A DNA stretch of 64,000 nt from Candidatus Uhrbacteria bacterium RIFOXYB12_FULL_58_10 (GCA_943359455.1 CALRHL010000001.1:21184-85183), one strand, 5' to 3'; positions 9,141-18,362 are shown, counted from the stretch's first letter. A program made the numbers and translations. The notes: generated by a model from the letters alone, not told the origin.

Positions 9141-9923
9141 TTAGGCGTTGGAAAAGATTTTGAAAAACTGTTTCGTGTTGGCAATGTCGTCGTACTCCTG
9201 ATGATTAAACAGCGAGCCTTGGGCGGTTCCGGATTGCACGACGACGGAAGTATATTCGACTTCGTACGCACGGCTGAACCGCTGTGCGTTTTGCACTAAA
9301 CCTGGCATCTTGGCACGATCAGTAATCGACATGAGCACTCCTTTCAAAGTACGATCGCTTTTGATCTGCAGAACATGGCCAATGGACCAGTCTTTGGAAG
9401 GAACGATGAGGTCGACACTGAAATTTACATCTTCGTCGACTGTACTTTCCAAAACAGTGTAGTCTGCACAAAGAAGAGTCGTGACAACGTGAGCTTCTGC
9501 AAGCGAGCCAGCAATCGCAAGCTCGAAAAGTGGTTCGTTTGATGTGCGCGCGAGTACGAACAAATGTTCGAGATCTGACGGCTTCATTCCAACCATTCCA
9601 CGGACAAATTTTTTGATCCCTCCACAGTTATGGTACACATCGTCTTTTACGAAATGTGTTGTCGCGTGAGGAAGCAGATTGCGACGAGCGTATCCACACA
9701 AAAATGCACCTTGAAGCAAATAGCTCAATCCAACATCGGATGAATCGATCAAATCCTGTTGACCATCAAACAGCGATCCAACATAGGTACCGCCATGATG
9801 AAATGCTGTGAGAATCCGATTGAGGCTTTGCGCTGAACATCGATGAGGTTCAATAGGCAGATAGTGCTCAGTGTGATACGAAAGCGAATGAGCAAGTATA
9901 TGTTGTGCACGCAAAGGAAACAC
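9141..9923 (-). CDS. hypothetical protein
   Basis: ORF track only; no recognisable motif. Confidence 0.4.
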   Translation of the reverse strand: MFPLRAQHILAHSLSYHTEHYLPIEPHRCSAQSLNRILTAFHHGGTYVGSLFDGQQDLIDSSDVGLSYLLQGAFLCGYARRNLLPHATTHFVKDDVYHNCGGIKKFVRGMVGMKPSDLEHLFVLARTSNEPLFELAIAGSLAEAHVVTTLLCADYTVLESTVDEDVNFSVDLIVPSKDWSIGHVLQIKSDRTLKGVLMSITDRAKMPGLVQNAQRFSRAYEVEYTSVVVQSGTAQGSLFNHQEYDDIANTKQFFKIFSNA

Positions 9924-10057
9924 GTTTTCTCCTTGAAAAGACCGCGGTTCGAGGATTATTCAAGAGTCAGCCCTGGAGACGAATGGGCCAACAGCCACCA
10001 GAGAACCATCCCCGAACCACGGTTAAATGAGGATACAGGAAAATATCTGACTGGTCA

Positions 10058-11137
10058 ATGGACATGCTATACTACTTCCATATGCTTAGAACCCTCAATC
10101 AACACGAACAGATTGCACGCTGGTTTTTCCTATTGCTTGCCACGGGGGCGACGGTGCTGTTTTGGCAGGTGATTGCTCCGTACGCCATTACCCTGATTGC
10201 CGCGGCAATCGCAGCTGTTGTACTTTCTCCTCTTGAAGAACGAGTAAAGCGTGTGGTGAAACGACCGCATCTGTCGGCATTTATCATGATTGCGTTCATG
10301 CTTTTTCTTGTCCTTGGTCCTCTCGCGACCCTTGTGGCAGTGATGGTCGACCAAGCGCTCGAAATTGTCGCGTCCACGGTTGCAAACCCTGACTGGATCG
10401 CAAGTTTTCGTATTGATGAATTAACGCTCTTTCAGTTACTTCCAGAGTTTGTTCAAAAAGCGATTCTTGCTATTGACGTCGTTGGTGTCTTGCGAAACAT
10501 CGCGCAATGGGCGACTTCAAATCTTGGAGGATTTCTGCACGGCACAACCACATTTATCTTAAACACCTTCATCTTTTTTGTCTCCCTCTTTTATTTCCTT
10601 CTCGATCGCGAACGCATTGCCAAAGAAATGCTTGTACTCTCTCCACTGCGGGACTCAGTTGATCACGAAATCGCCCTGCGTATGGTCAATACGATTCGAG
10701 GTGTTATTTTCGGCTCTCTCATCGTCGCTTGTGTTCAAGGAATTCTCGCTGGTATCGGTCTCACCATTTTCGGTGTCCCAGGCGCCCTGCTTTGGGCTGC
10801 ACTCGTTATTATCGCCGCACAAATTCCAATGCTCGGCACTTCGCTCATTATGCTCCCGTGTGTCGGCTACCTGTTTTTCTCCGGCCACCCAACCGCCGCG
10901 CTTGGCCTGCTTATCTGGTCGTTTGTTCTCGTCTCCACGATCGATAATGTCCTCAAACCATACATCGTTGGAGGAAAAACCCGCATGCACAGCCTCCTCA
11001 TCCTCGTCTCGATGCTCGGAGGACTCGACACATTCGGCCCGATCGGATTTATTCTCGGCCCCACAATTCTCGCAGCATTTCTTGTGATGGTTGAATTGTA
11101 CAAAGCAGGGATTTTTGATAAGAATAATGTGGCATAG
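10058..11137 (+). CDS. AI-2E family (PerM-like) membrane transporter
   Basis: about 8 predicted TM helices; length and hydrophobicity pattern of the AI-2E family. Confidence 0.6.
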   Translation: MDMLYYFHMLRTLNQHEQIARWFFLLLATGATVLFWQVIAPYAITLIAAAIAAVVLSPLEERVKRVVKRPHLSAFIMIAFMLFLVLGPLATLVAVMVDQALEIVASTVANPDWIASFRIDELTLFQLLPEFVQKAILAIDVVGVLRNIAQWATSNLGGFLHGTTTFILNTFIFFVSLFYFLLDRERIAKEMLVLSPLRDSVDHEIALRMVNTIRGVIFGSLIVACVQGILAGIGLTIFGVPGALLWAALVIIAAQIPMLGTSLIMLPCVGYLFFSGHPTAALGLLIWSFVLVSTIDNVLKPYIVGGKTRMHSLLILVSMLGGLDTFGPIGFILGPTILAAFLVMVELYKAGIFDKNNVA

Positions 11138-11171
11138 ATATTTAACTCTCTAGAGACTTTTTTTCAATTCT

Positions 11172-13001
11172 ATGCTTCCACGAAAACCCGATTCCATGCG
11201 CGGACTCAATCCCGATCTACTTCCAGACCGCATGGACGCGAATCGGCATTCAAAAAAAGAAGGTCTGGATGGTGAGTGGACGGACCTCCAAAGGAAACGG
11301 AATGAAACCGCGCGTGAACTCGTTCATCTTCGACGTAACTATCTTACCGAGAATACAGAAATCGAACAGCGCATGGCTGAGTACAAAGAAACTCATCCGG
11401 AAATTTATGCGCTCATGAAAAATGTCCGAGATCGAGGACGTACGAACTACGAAGCGGCACACGCAAAGATCGCCGAGGTGTTGTATGCAGAACTGGAAGA
11501 CCAATACCAGGCCATCCCGCTTACTGCAGAAGAGATCGAGCGAGACTTGGACACAGAGCGTCTGAGCGTCATGCCGCTCAAGCAATACATTGAGCTTCTA
11601 CGCAAGCTCCCTCCGCGCTTTTTTACGCATGTCACTCGCCAAGGGGTTCGGGACAGCGGGTCGTTCCACTACGGAGGGATTGGAGAATTCCAACGCGGAT
11701 TCGACGAAATTCTCAAAAGTGGTTCTGTCGTCTCCGTCTATGACCGTGTTCTCGAAGATGGCATAACCCGCGCGACCGTCGGCGACCTTCTTAAGAGACT
11801 GAAGCTCACCCCAGAACACGAACCAGACAAGGCTGAGGCGCTCCGCAAGCTGGAATCTGAGCTCACGCGGTCCGACGTGGCTCCCATTTCGTCTTACTTC
11901 GCGGATATGAAATCGATCCATACAGCACTCGAGATGGTCGCGGACAGGAATTACGGTGGAGAAAATGGGAATGAAGTGTTTATGATCTGGCCAACCGCGC
12001 TTGTGGCAAAGGAATACCATGTCGGCACCCAACTCTTGGAAGTTCCTGACCAGTTTGATCCAGATGAAACGCATAAAAGTTCACAATTCAACGATTATTG
12101 GCTGCTACGCAAGGACGACAATACAGGAACTCTTCCGCTCGATGCCGGAATTACGTTCCTACCGGCCCGCGCCCAAGTTCACCCAGAAACAGGATCGCAG
12201 TATGAAACGACAGCAGAGGGAGATCCGATCCCAAACCCAGAAATCAAACTATTCGAAGAGCTTCTGCGATCGCAGAACTTTCAGAACATCTCCAATCAGC
12301 TCCGCGAATACATCGTTGCAAAGGAATCTGTTGCGAGATTCGACGAGAAAGCCGCGAAGGAAAAAGAGAGTTCTTCCTATTCTTCCCTGTACGTTCCAGA
12401 ATGGGAAAAACAGGAGCAACTGAGATACCAAAAAGAATTGGAAGCCGCAACACCTGCACGCATGGTATATGCCCAGCTCTGCGCGGAAGCTGGAATTACG
12501 AATCCACGAATTTTTTCAATCCCGGACCAAGGATTCTTGGCGCAACAACACCTCTCTACACTAGAATCACTCGCCATGCGCCCAACGCTAGACGAATATG
12601 CTAAACTCGATCGGCAAACGGCGCTTGGAAATCTTGGTATACGGTTTGCGCTCGCAAAGGAAACGATCTCTTCGCGAGACTATTGGGAAGACATGTTCAA
12701 ACGAACTGGAAAAAAGCCATCGAAAGTGATCTTCTACGACCAACGAGACCCAACCATGGCGCTCGACGCATTCAAACGCGTCGCAGGGATAGACCGTTCC
12801 TCATCCGAAATCGACCTCAAAAAACTCTACGAAGGAAACCTAATCGGACAGGACGGAATCAAGAACGTCCTGTCTCGCGAGTCCGAACTCGTTTGGCAGG
12901 TCGGCCAGGAGGTCATCGAGGAAATGTACGCTGCTCAGAAGCCAGTGGCGAAGCGTCGCAAAAAAAAGAGTCGCGATGACTCTAAGGTAAAACAGGAGTA
13001 G
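11172..13001 (+). CDS. hypothetical 609-aa cytoplasmic protein
   Basis: ORF track; charged, no TM, no recognisable domain. Confidence 0.5.
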   Translation: MLPRKPDSMRGLNPDLLPDRMDANRHSKKEGLDGEWTDLQRKRNETARELVHLRRNYLTENTEIEQRMAEYKETHPEIYALMKNVRDRGRTNYEAAHAKIAEVLYAELEDQYQAIPLTAEEIERDLDTERLSVMPLKQYIELLRKLPPRFFTHVTRQGVRDSGSFHYGGIGEFQRGFDEILKSGSVVSVYDRVLEDGITRATVGDLLKRLKLTPEHEPDKAEALRKLESELTRSDVAPISSYFADMKSIHTALEMVADRNYGGENGNEVFMIWPTALVAKEYHVGTQLLEVPDQFDPDETHKSSQFNDYWLLRKDDNTGTLPLDAGITFLPARAQVHPETGSQYETTAEGDPIPNPEIKLFEELLRSQNFQNISNQLREYIVAKESVARFDEKAAKEKESSSYSSLYVPEWEKQEQLRYQKELEAATPARMVYAQLCAEAGITNPRIFSIPDQGFLAQQHLSTLESLAMRPTLDEYAKLDRQTALGNLGIRFALAKETISSRDYWEDMFKRTGKKPSKVIFYDQRDPTMALDAFKRVAGIDRSSSEIDLKKLYEGNLIGQDGIKNVLSRESELVWQVGQEVIEEMYAAQKPVAKRRKKKSRDDSKVKQE

Positions 13002-13084
13002 ATTTGACGATCGTGATTTTATCACCAACCGTTAAGGTCATCAATACAAGCTATTCGGATGTTAGTGGAAAGTAGACCTGTTGC

Positions 13085-13112
13085 CAAATAAAAAATGAGC
13101 CGTGCACGGCTC
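13085..13112 (-). terminator. intrinsic terminator for the minus-strand gene ending at 13111
   Basis: perfect palindrome gagccgtgcacggctc followed on the minus strand by a U-run. Confidence 0.55.
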
Positions 13113-13725
13113 AAGAGGCGAGACGTTCGCCTGGGTGTTGTGGGTCGAAAAAGACGATTTGTTCACGTTTGCTCAAATCAACAAGATTATTGCAACTCCA
13201 CAAATCCTTCGAATCTGGACGCAACGGACCAATGCTTGGACCTGGGTAGAGAGTGCGGACAATTGCCCCAATTCCATTCGGCCATTTCTGGAACTGACAG
13301 GCGACCGTGATGATTTTTGTTTTCGGCGCGAGAACATGTGTGCACTCAGGACGAACCCGCAAACCATGACAGGTGAAATTCACCTGATACGGTTCAAGTG
13401 TATCGAAACGATGCTGGTAATTGGCAAGATCGTCTGTACAGGACCACCCAACAAATCCAGAGTATTCTACCTCGATGTAAAAGGCAGACGTGGATTTTTT
13501 GAGATCCACACCCTGCAAAACTCCCATGCATTCAAAGGCGAGTTTGTCGATGAATTCTTCGTCTTGAAACAGGTCGTTCAACGTTTCAAAACGACAGAAG
13601 TTTCCTGCTCGTCGAAGATCACGACCTCGAAAGCGCTCACGGGAGAGCCGCTGTTGTGCCCCATCACGTAGGCTGAATACGAGGTGGCAACGCATTTCCT
13701 TTGACCAGACACGCACATCATCCAT
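13111..13725 (-). CDS. hypothetical protein
   Basis: ORF track; chosen over the fully overlapping plus-strand ORF 13102..13671 because the terminator sits immediately after its stop. Confidence 0.45.
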   Translation of the reverse strand: MDDVRVWSKEMRCHLVFSLRDGAQQRLSRERFRGRDLRRAGNFCRFETLNDLFQDEEFIDKLAFECMGVLQGVDLKKSTSAFYIEVEYSGFVGWSCTDDLANYQHRFDTLEPYQVNFTCHGLRVRPECTHVLAPKTKIITVACQFQKWPNGIGAIVRTLYPGPSIGPLRPDSKDLWSCNNLVDLSKREQIVFFDPQHPGERLAS

Positions 13726-13749
13726 GACAACCTCCTGACGTGTGATATC

Positions 13750-14226
13750 ATGAAATCAAATATTAATCAAGAGTATATGCGTAGAATGATAGACGCGGGA
13801 AATATGATGGGAAGTGAACTAAATTCACGAGGCCGACAAATTCCTGAACGCGAGATTAAAATTACGTTTGCGGCATCAGGAGGACCTGGCGGCCAAAACG
13901 TGAATAAACTTGAAACAAAAGCTGTGTTTCGATGGAAGGTAAAAGATTCCACAGTGTTTACCGATGAGGAAAAAGACCGAATACGCGAAAAATTAGCAGT
14001 GAACAAAGAAGACGAGGTGAAGCTTGATTGCTCGGAGCACCGTACGCAACTTGCGAACAAGAAGGCGTGCTTTGAAAGACTACACGCAATGGTGAACGAG
14101 GCGATTGTGGTTCAGGAAGAACGGATCGATACGAAAAAGAGTAAAGGGGTACGTGCACGGGAGCTTGATTCGAAAACAAAAGATAAGCGTCAGAAGCAGC
14201 TTCGCCGAAGGGTTGATTCAGATTAG
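13750..14226 (+). CDS. arfB: alternative ribosome-rescue factor ArfB (peptidyl-tRNA hydrolase, GGQ domain)
   Basis: FAASGGPGGQNVNK GGQ motif; short RF-1-domain protein with basic C-terminal tail. Confidence 0.75.
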   Translation: MKSNINQEYMRRMIDAGNMMGSELNSRGRQIPEREIKITFAASGGPGGQNVNKLETKAVFRWKVKDSTVFTDEEKDRIREKLAVNKEDEVKLDCSEHRTQLANKKACFERLHAMVNEAIVVQEERIDTKKSKGVRARELDSKTKDKRQKQLRRRVDSD

Positions 14227-14250
14227 GTTTTCACGTAGGGTAAGCTCGAT

Positions 14251-15333
14251 ATGAGAATACTAGGAATTGAATCGAGCTGTGATGAAACGGCGATCGCTGT
14301 TGTGGAAGGCCGGGAGGCCGGGAGGAAATTCCTCCAGGCCTTACGCCTTAAGCCTTATGGCCTAAATGTTCTCACAAACCTCGTAGCTTCACAGGCGGCT
14401 TTGCATGCGAAGTATGGAGGGGTCGTGCCCGAGGTTGCGGCGCGGGAGCATGTGGATGTGATTTTTCCATTACTGATTGAATCGGGAATTGCGCGGGATG
14501 GTTCAGAGATTGATGCGATCGCTGTCACCGCCGGGCCAGGTTTGGTGCCGGCTTTGCGCGTTGGAGTGGAGCTCGCAAAGTCGCTTGCATGGGTTTGGAA
14601 GAAACCGCTTGTGGCGGTGAATCATTTGGAAGGACATTTGTATTCTGTACTGTTACAAGAAGGGTCCGAAAAACTTGAGTTTCCTGCTCTTGCTCTTCTC
14701 GTTTCCGGTGGCCACACGGAACTGATTCTGATGACAGATCATGGCCAGTACGAACGAATTGGTGCAACGCGGGATGATGCAGCTGGAGAAGCGTTTGATA
14801 AAGTGGCAAAGTTGTTAGGACTTGGATATCCGGGTGGACCAGCTGTCTCGAAAATGGCGCTGACGGGAAACCCGGAAGCGATCGCGTTTCCGCGACCGAT
14901 GATCGAAAGTGGAAATTTCGATTTTAGTTTTTCTGGACTGAAGACGGCGGTTGCTGTCTACGTGAAAGGCCGAGCGGCTGCAGGCCGTTCGACGGCCTTA
15001 GGCTTAAGGCTTAAGGAAGATGGAATAACAGACATCTGCGCCTCTTTCCAAGCAGCAGTTGTTGAGACGCTTGTTACAAAAACAATCCGCGCCGTCGAAA
15101 AATTTCATCCAAAATCTGTCATCCTTGCTGGCGGAGTGGCTGCAAATAAGTCATTGCGTGAATCACTTGCACATGCGCTTCAAAAAGATTTGACTCTTCT
15201 TGTTCCTGACCTTTCTCTCACTGGCGACAATGCGGCTATGATCGCGGCGGCCGGGTATTTTCATGCGCTTCGAAACGACTTTGTAGATCCACTCACGTTG
15301 GTTGCAAACCCAAATTGGAAGCTTGCGAAATAA
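14251..15333 (+). CDS. tsaD: tRNA N6-adenosine threonylcarbamoyltransferase TsaD
   Basis: MRILGIESSCDETAIAVV...HAKYGGVVPE...GPGLVPALRVG...LLVSGGHTEL; carries two short in-frame insertions made of a dispersed repeat. Confidence 0.9.
   Translation: MRILGIESSCDETAIAVVEGREAGRKFLQALRLKPYGLNVLTNLVASQAALHAKYGGVVPEVAAREHVDVIFPLLIESGIARDGSEIDAIAVTAGPGLVPALRVGVELAKSLAWVWKKPLVAVNHLEGHLYSVLLQEGSEKLEFPALALLVSGGHTELILMTDHGQYERIGATRDDAAGEAFDKVAKLLGLGYPGGPAVSKMALTGNPEAIAFPRPMIESGNFDFSFSGLKTAVAVYVKGRAAAGRSTALGLRLKEDGITDICASFQAAVVETLVTKTIRAVEKFHPKSVILAGGVAANKSLRESLAHALQKDLTLLVPDLSLTGDNAAMIAAAGYFHALRNDFVDPLTLVANPNWKLAK
14337..14365. repeat. AGGCTTAAGGC-like short repeat copy 1, in-frame inside tsaD; preceded by tandem ccgggagg x2
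   Basis: ggccttacgccttaagccttatggcctaa read directly. Confidence 0.5.
14994..15016. repeat. AGGCTTAAGGC-like short repeat copy 2, in-frame inside tsaD
   Basis: ggccttaggcttaaggcttaagg. Confidence 0.5.
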
Positions 15334-15339
15334 ACAGGT

Positions 15340-15777
15340 ATGAATTATTTTTCATCTTCAACGGAACAGACAAAAAAAATTGCTGCTGATTTTGCCACAA
15401 CCCTCAGCGGTGGTGAATGTATTATGCTCCAAGGTGAACTTGGATCTGGCAAAACAACATTTGTACAAGGTGTCTGTGAAGCACTTGGTGTCAAAGAACA
15501 TGTCACAAGCCCCACATTCGCCATTATGAACATTTACCATCTACCAAAACTGCCAACACCAGGTGTTGGCAAGAAAGTCGTGCACCTAGATCTGTATCGA
15601 CTCAAAACAGTCGCAGAAATTGCAGCACTTGGGCTTGAAGAGTACATGGGGCAAACCGACACGATTATGCTCGTCGAATGGCCAGATATGGTCGATGGGA
15701 TTGACTGGAAACCAACTTACACAATCACATTTACATCAACAAACGAAAACGAGCGTATCATTTCCATATCTCCCTAG
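15340..15777 (+). CDS. tsaE: tRNA threonylcarbamoyladenosine biosynthesis ATPase TsaE
   Basis: P-loop GELGSGKTTFVQG; size and position downstream of tsaD. Confidence 0.85.
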   Translation: MNYFSSSTEQTKKIAADFATTLSGGECIMLQGELGSGKTTFVQGVCEALGVKEHVTSPTFAIMNIYHLPKLPTPGVGKKVVHLDLYRLKTVAEIAALGLEEYMGQTDTIMLVEWPDMVDGIDWKPTYTITFTSTNENERIISISP

Positions 15778-15783
15778 TGTGCC

Positions 15784-16659
15784 TTGTCACGATCATTTTC
15801 TTCCTGTAAGCTCGCGATCATGAACAAACGTTTCCTCACTCATCTGCTTGTACTAACTATCGGCTTTCTTTCGCCGCATACTCTTATCGCTAGAACATTT
15901 TCTCCCGCCGCTGGGACAGATGAGTATCTTGTTGAGATTGGATATACGGAAGAACAACTTTCAACCGAAGCATCAACCGAAAATCGTGAGGCATTTTCTA
16001 TGGCGGAAGGAGAAGGTCGTGTTGAGGATCCGCTTGGGGATGTGGTCAACCGGTTTGGAACAACGTCATCCATGAAACAACCGTGGGGAGATATTGAGCG
16101 CGCGGTGATCCAAAAAAATTCTGAGACAAGTACGTGGGATGTCATTGTGACACTCGGTGGAATTGTCCCAGAAAAATCATCGATCAGTGCGCAGTTATTT
16201 GTGTTGTTGGATACCGATGGTGACAAATCGAATAACGACCGCGACGGATTTCGTATTGGGACCGATGCAGAGTTTAGTCTGCAAACAACATCAGAACACC
16301 CATGGTATGTTGACTACCGCTGGTATAATCCAGATCCACAGTTTTGGGCAGTAAATAAAGAGACGATGTCGAGCTATGAAATCGACGGAAACACAATCAC
16401 GATGCACATTCCTTTTTCAGAAGCACCAGAGTCACTCACTCCACATTGGCGTGTGGTTATGGGACTGGCAGATGGAGCAGAGAATCAGATCGACGCTGTA
16501 CCAGGAACTGGGTTCCCTCCACCAAAAGGTGAAACCTATCCATCTGATTCAAAAGTGGCTGCGTCACTTTCTCTTGGCTGGATCACTTGGGGAATCATCG
16601 GAATCATCGTTGGTTACGGTGGATATTCTGCATTTGCCAAGAAACGAAAAATAGGATAG
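15784..16659 (+). CDS. hypothetical secreted protein with N-terminal signal and C-terminal TM anchor
   Basis: hydrophobic N-terminus and C-terminal LGWITWGIIGIIVGYGGYSAFAKKRK. Confidence 0.5.
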   Translation: MSRSFSSCKLAIMNKRFLTHLLVLTIGFLSPHTLIARTFSPAAGTDEYLVEIGYTEEQLSTEASTENREAFSMAEGEGRVEDPLGDVVNRFGTTSSMKQPWGDIERAVIQKNSETSTWDVIVTLGGIVPEKSSISAQLFVLLDTDGDKSNNDRDGFRIGTDAEFSLQTTSEHPWYVDYRWYNPDPQFWAVNKETMSSYEIDGNTITMHIPFSEAPESLTPHWRVVMGLADGAENQIDAVPGTGFPPPKGETYPSDSKVAASLSLGWITWGIIGIIVGYGGYSAFAKKRKIG

Positions 16660-16672
16660 TCTTTTGTCGCAT

Positions 16673-16747
16673 GCGGGTATCGTATAACGGTTATTATCTC
16701 AGTTTTCCAAACTGATGAAGCGGGTTCGACCCCCGCTACCCGCTCCA
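16673..16747 (+). tRNA. tRNA-Gly(TCC)
   Basis: cloverleaf folded by hand: acceptor GCGGGTA/TACCCGC, anticodon stem TCAGT/ACTGA, loop TTTCCAA, T-loop TTCGACC, encoded CCA. Confidence 0.8.
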
Positions 16748-16811
16748 TGCACCATGTGAGGTGCATGGCAAGCCATGTAGGAAAGCGTGTTGGGAGGCAT
16801 GTAGCAAGGCA

Positions 16812-16840
16812 TTGACAATTACTACTAAAGATGATATTAT
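16812..16840 (+). promoter_or_regulatory. near-consensus sigma70 promoter TTGACA-17-TATTAT upstream of the zinc-ribbon gene
   Basis: hexamers and 17-nt spacer read directly. Confidence 0.55.
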
Positions 16841-16922
16841 TTCTCGCGTTGAAAGCCTCTGGAAGCTCACGATGTAAATCGCGTTCTTCCTATGGGTCTT
16901 TGACCCTGGATTAACAAAGATT

Positions 16923-16962
16923 CATACGTTGCTTTACGCGCGTATGAGATAAGCAACGTATG
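16923..16962 (+). promoter_or_regulatory. 12-bp-stem hairpin in the 5'UTR that sequesters the ATG of the zinc-ribbon gene; its loop contains the palindrome tacgcgcgta
   Basis: catacgttgctt ... aagcaacgtATG are exact reverse complements. Confidence 0.35.
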
Positions 16963-17229
16963 CCAGACATCAATCTCGTCTGTCGCGATTGCGGAAAAGA
17001 ATTCGTCTTTTCCGAACGCGACCAAGCGTTCTTTTCCGAAAAAGGCTGGGCTAACCAACCAACTCGTTGCCGCGACTGCGCACGCCAAAAGCGTGATCGC
17101 ATGGACGCTCCACGTCAAATGTTTGACGCGGTGTGTGCGGACTGTGGCGCCAACTGCCAAGTTCCATTCCAGCCACGCGGTGACCGTCCGGTCAAATGCC
17201 TCGCCTGCTTCAAAGCAGGACAAGCATAA
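16960..17229 (+). CDS. double CxxC zinc-ribbon protein (zf-trcl-like family)
   Basis: CRDCGKEFVFSERDQAFFSEKGWANQPTRCRDC and CADCGANCQVPFQPRGDRPVKCLAC pattern. Confidence 0.7.
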   Translation: MPDINLVCRDCGKEFVFSERDQAFFSEKGWANQPTRCRDCARQKRDRMDAPRQMFDAVCADCGANCQVPFQPRGDRPVKCLACFKAGQA

Positions 17230-17233
17230 AAAT

Positions 17234-17268
17234 AAAACAGTCCGACTTCTCGTCGGACTGTTTTATTT
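17234..17268. terminator. bidirectional intrinsic terminator
   Basis: aaaacagtccgac-ttctc-gtcggactgtttt with flanking A/T runs. Confidence 0.6.
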
Positions 17269-18362
17269 TATTCAGCAGTTGTTGCACTATACAAGTTTTG
17301 AATACTATCTGCGTCTGATGCTGCAGGAGCTCCTACTCCACCTGTAACGTAGATGCGGAAGCGACCATCCGTCAACTCAATAATTTGTGGATCATACAGT
17401 CCTGTCAGATTTTCCCCTGAAAATTCTGCTGGCAACAAAACGTCAGATTGTTTTGTCCAAGAAACTCCATCATCAGAACTCACAAGTGTGTACACTTTTC
17501 CAGACTGCATTGCCACCATGAGCACTCGACCATCCTCTAGCACCAAAACTTTATCATCCACAAAACTTTTCGCTCCACCACCTGCATTCAAATCTCCAAG
17601 TGGATTATCGTCAGTGAACACAAATGTCCATCCACCATCTTCAGAATATGCTCGTCGCACATTATTCGAGCCTTTCAAATCACCCAGATACATCATCACA
17701 ACCCCACCTTTAGAATCAAGGAAGAAGTCATAAACTCCCATGCTTCCATTATCTGATTCTACAAGTTCATAGCGAACTCCAGGGTCATCTGTAAATGTTA
17801 TACAGTCTTTAGAACTCTTACTTTTAAGCCCAGTTGAACCTGGAAGCACGCCGCTCTTTGTTGCATCCAATCCATACGCACGGCACGTTCCATCAGCCAA
17901 TTTTATCGCGCGAAACTCTGCTGGGTTCACTCCAGTATCTGTCACGGTAAAATCGAGCCAGTCTGACGAGATGGATGCTGTTGCAACGTCGTTTCTCCCA
18001 CGCGACTCGTTGGCACGCGATTGAAATAGCATGGAAATCGCTCCATCAGAATTAAATTTCACACCTGAATTCGAAGCATTTTCCAGCCGAATCCCATCGT
18101 CAGCAATAAAGCTAAATTCGTCCGTAGATGTCGTCGTTGTTGTCGTCGTTTCATCTGTCGTTGAGGTGCCTGTGCAATCCGCCGGACACAACGTCGCATC
18201 TGCGAGTTCTGCAGCATCACACACTCCATCACCACATGGTTGAGAAGATGTAGAAGTTGACGTTGGTTTTACATCCGTGATTTCTGTATCAGACGATGAA
18301 CAACCAATTCCAACAAGCGTAAAAAGACACAAAAGGGTAAAAAAGGATTTTTTAGCAAACAT
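17268..18362 (-). CDS. lipoprotein with BNR/Asp-box beta-propeller domain (sialidase/glycosidase-like)
   Basis: lipobox LVGIGC; Thr-rich linker; Asp-boxes SEDGGWTF and SSDDGVSWT. Confidence 0.55.
   Translation of the reverse strand: MFAKKSFFTLLCLFTLVGIGCSSSDTEITDVKPTSTSTSSQPCGDGVCDAAELADATLCPADCTGTSTTDETTTTTTTSTDEFSFIADDGIRLENASNSGVKFNSDGAISMLFQSRANESRGRNDVATASISSDWLDFTVTDTGVNPAEFRAIKLADGTCRAYGLDATKSGVLPGSTGLKSKSSKDCITFTDDPGVRYELVESDNGSMGVYDFFLDSKGGVVMMYLGDLKGSNNVRRAYSEDGGWTFVFTDDNPLGDLNAGGGAKSFVDDKVLVLEDGRVLMVAMQSGKVYTLVSSDDGVSWTKQSDVLLPAEFSGENLTGLYDPQIIELTDGRFRIYVTGGVGAPAASDADSIQNLYSATTAE

Noticed and set aside
13102-13671. 189-aa plus-strand ORF fully overlapping 13111..13725
   Set aside because: The minus-strand frame is followed by a palindrome plus U-run terminator; the weak Aat/Bpt-like resemblances I considered were inconsistent in topology. 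Kept only as an ambiguity.
16867-17223. 118-aa minus-strand ORF antisense to the zinc-ribbon gene
   Set aside because: The plus-strand frame has a consensus promoter, a terminator and a clear double CxxC zinc-ribbon signature; the antisense frame has none.
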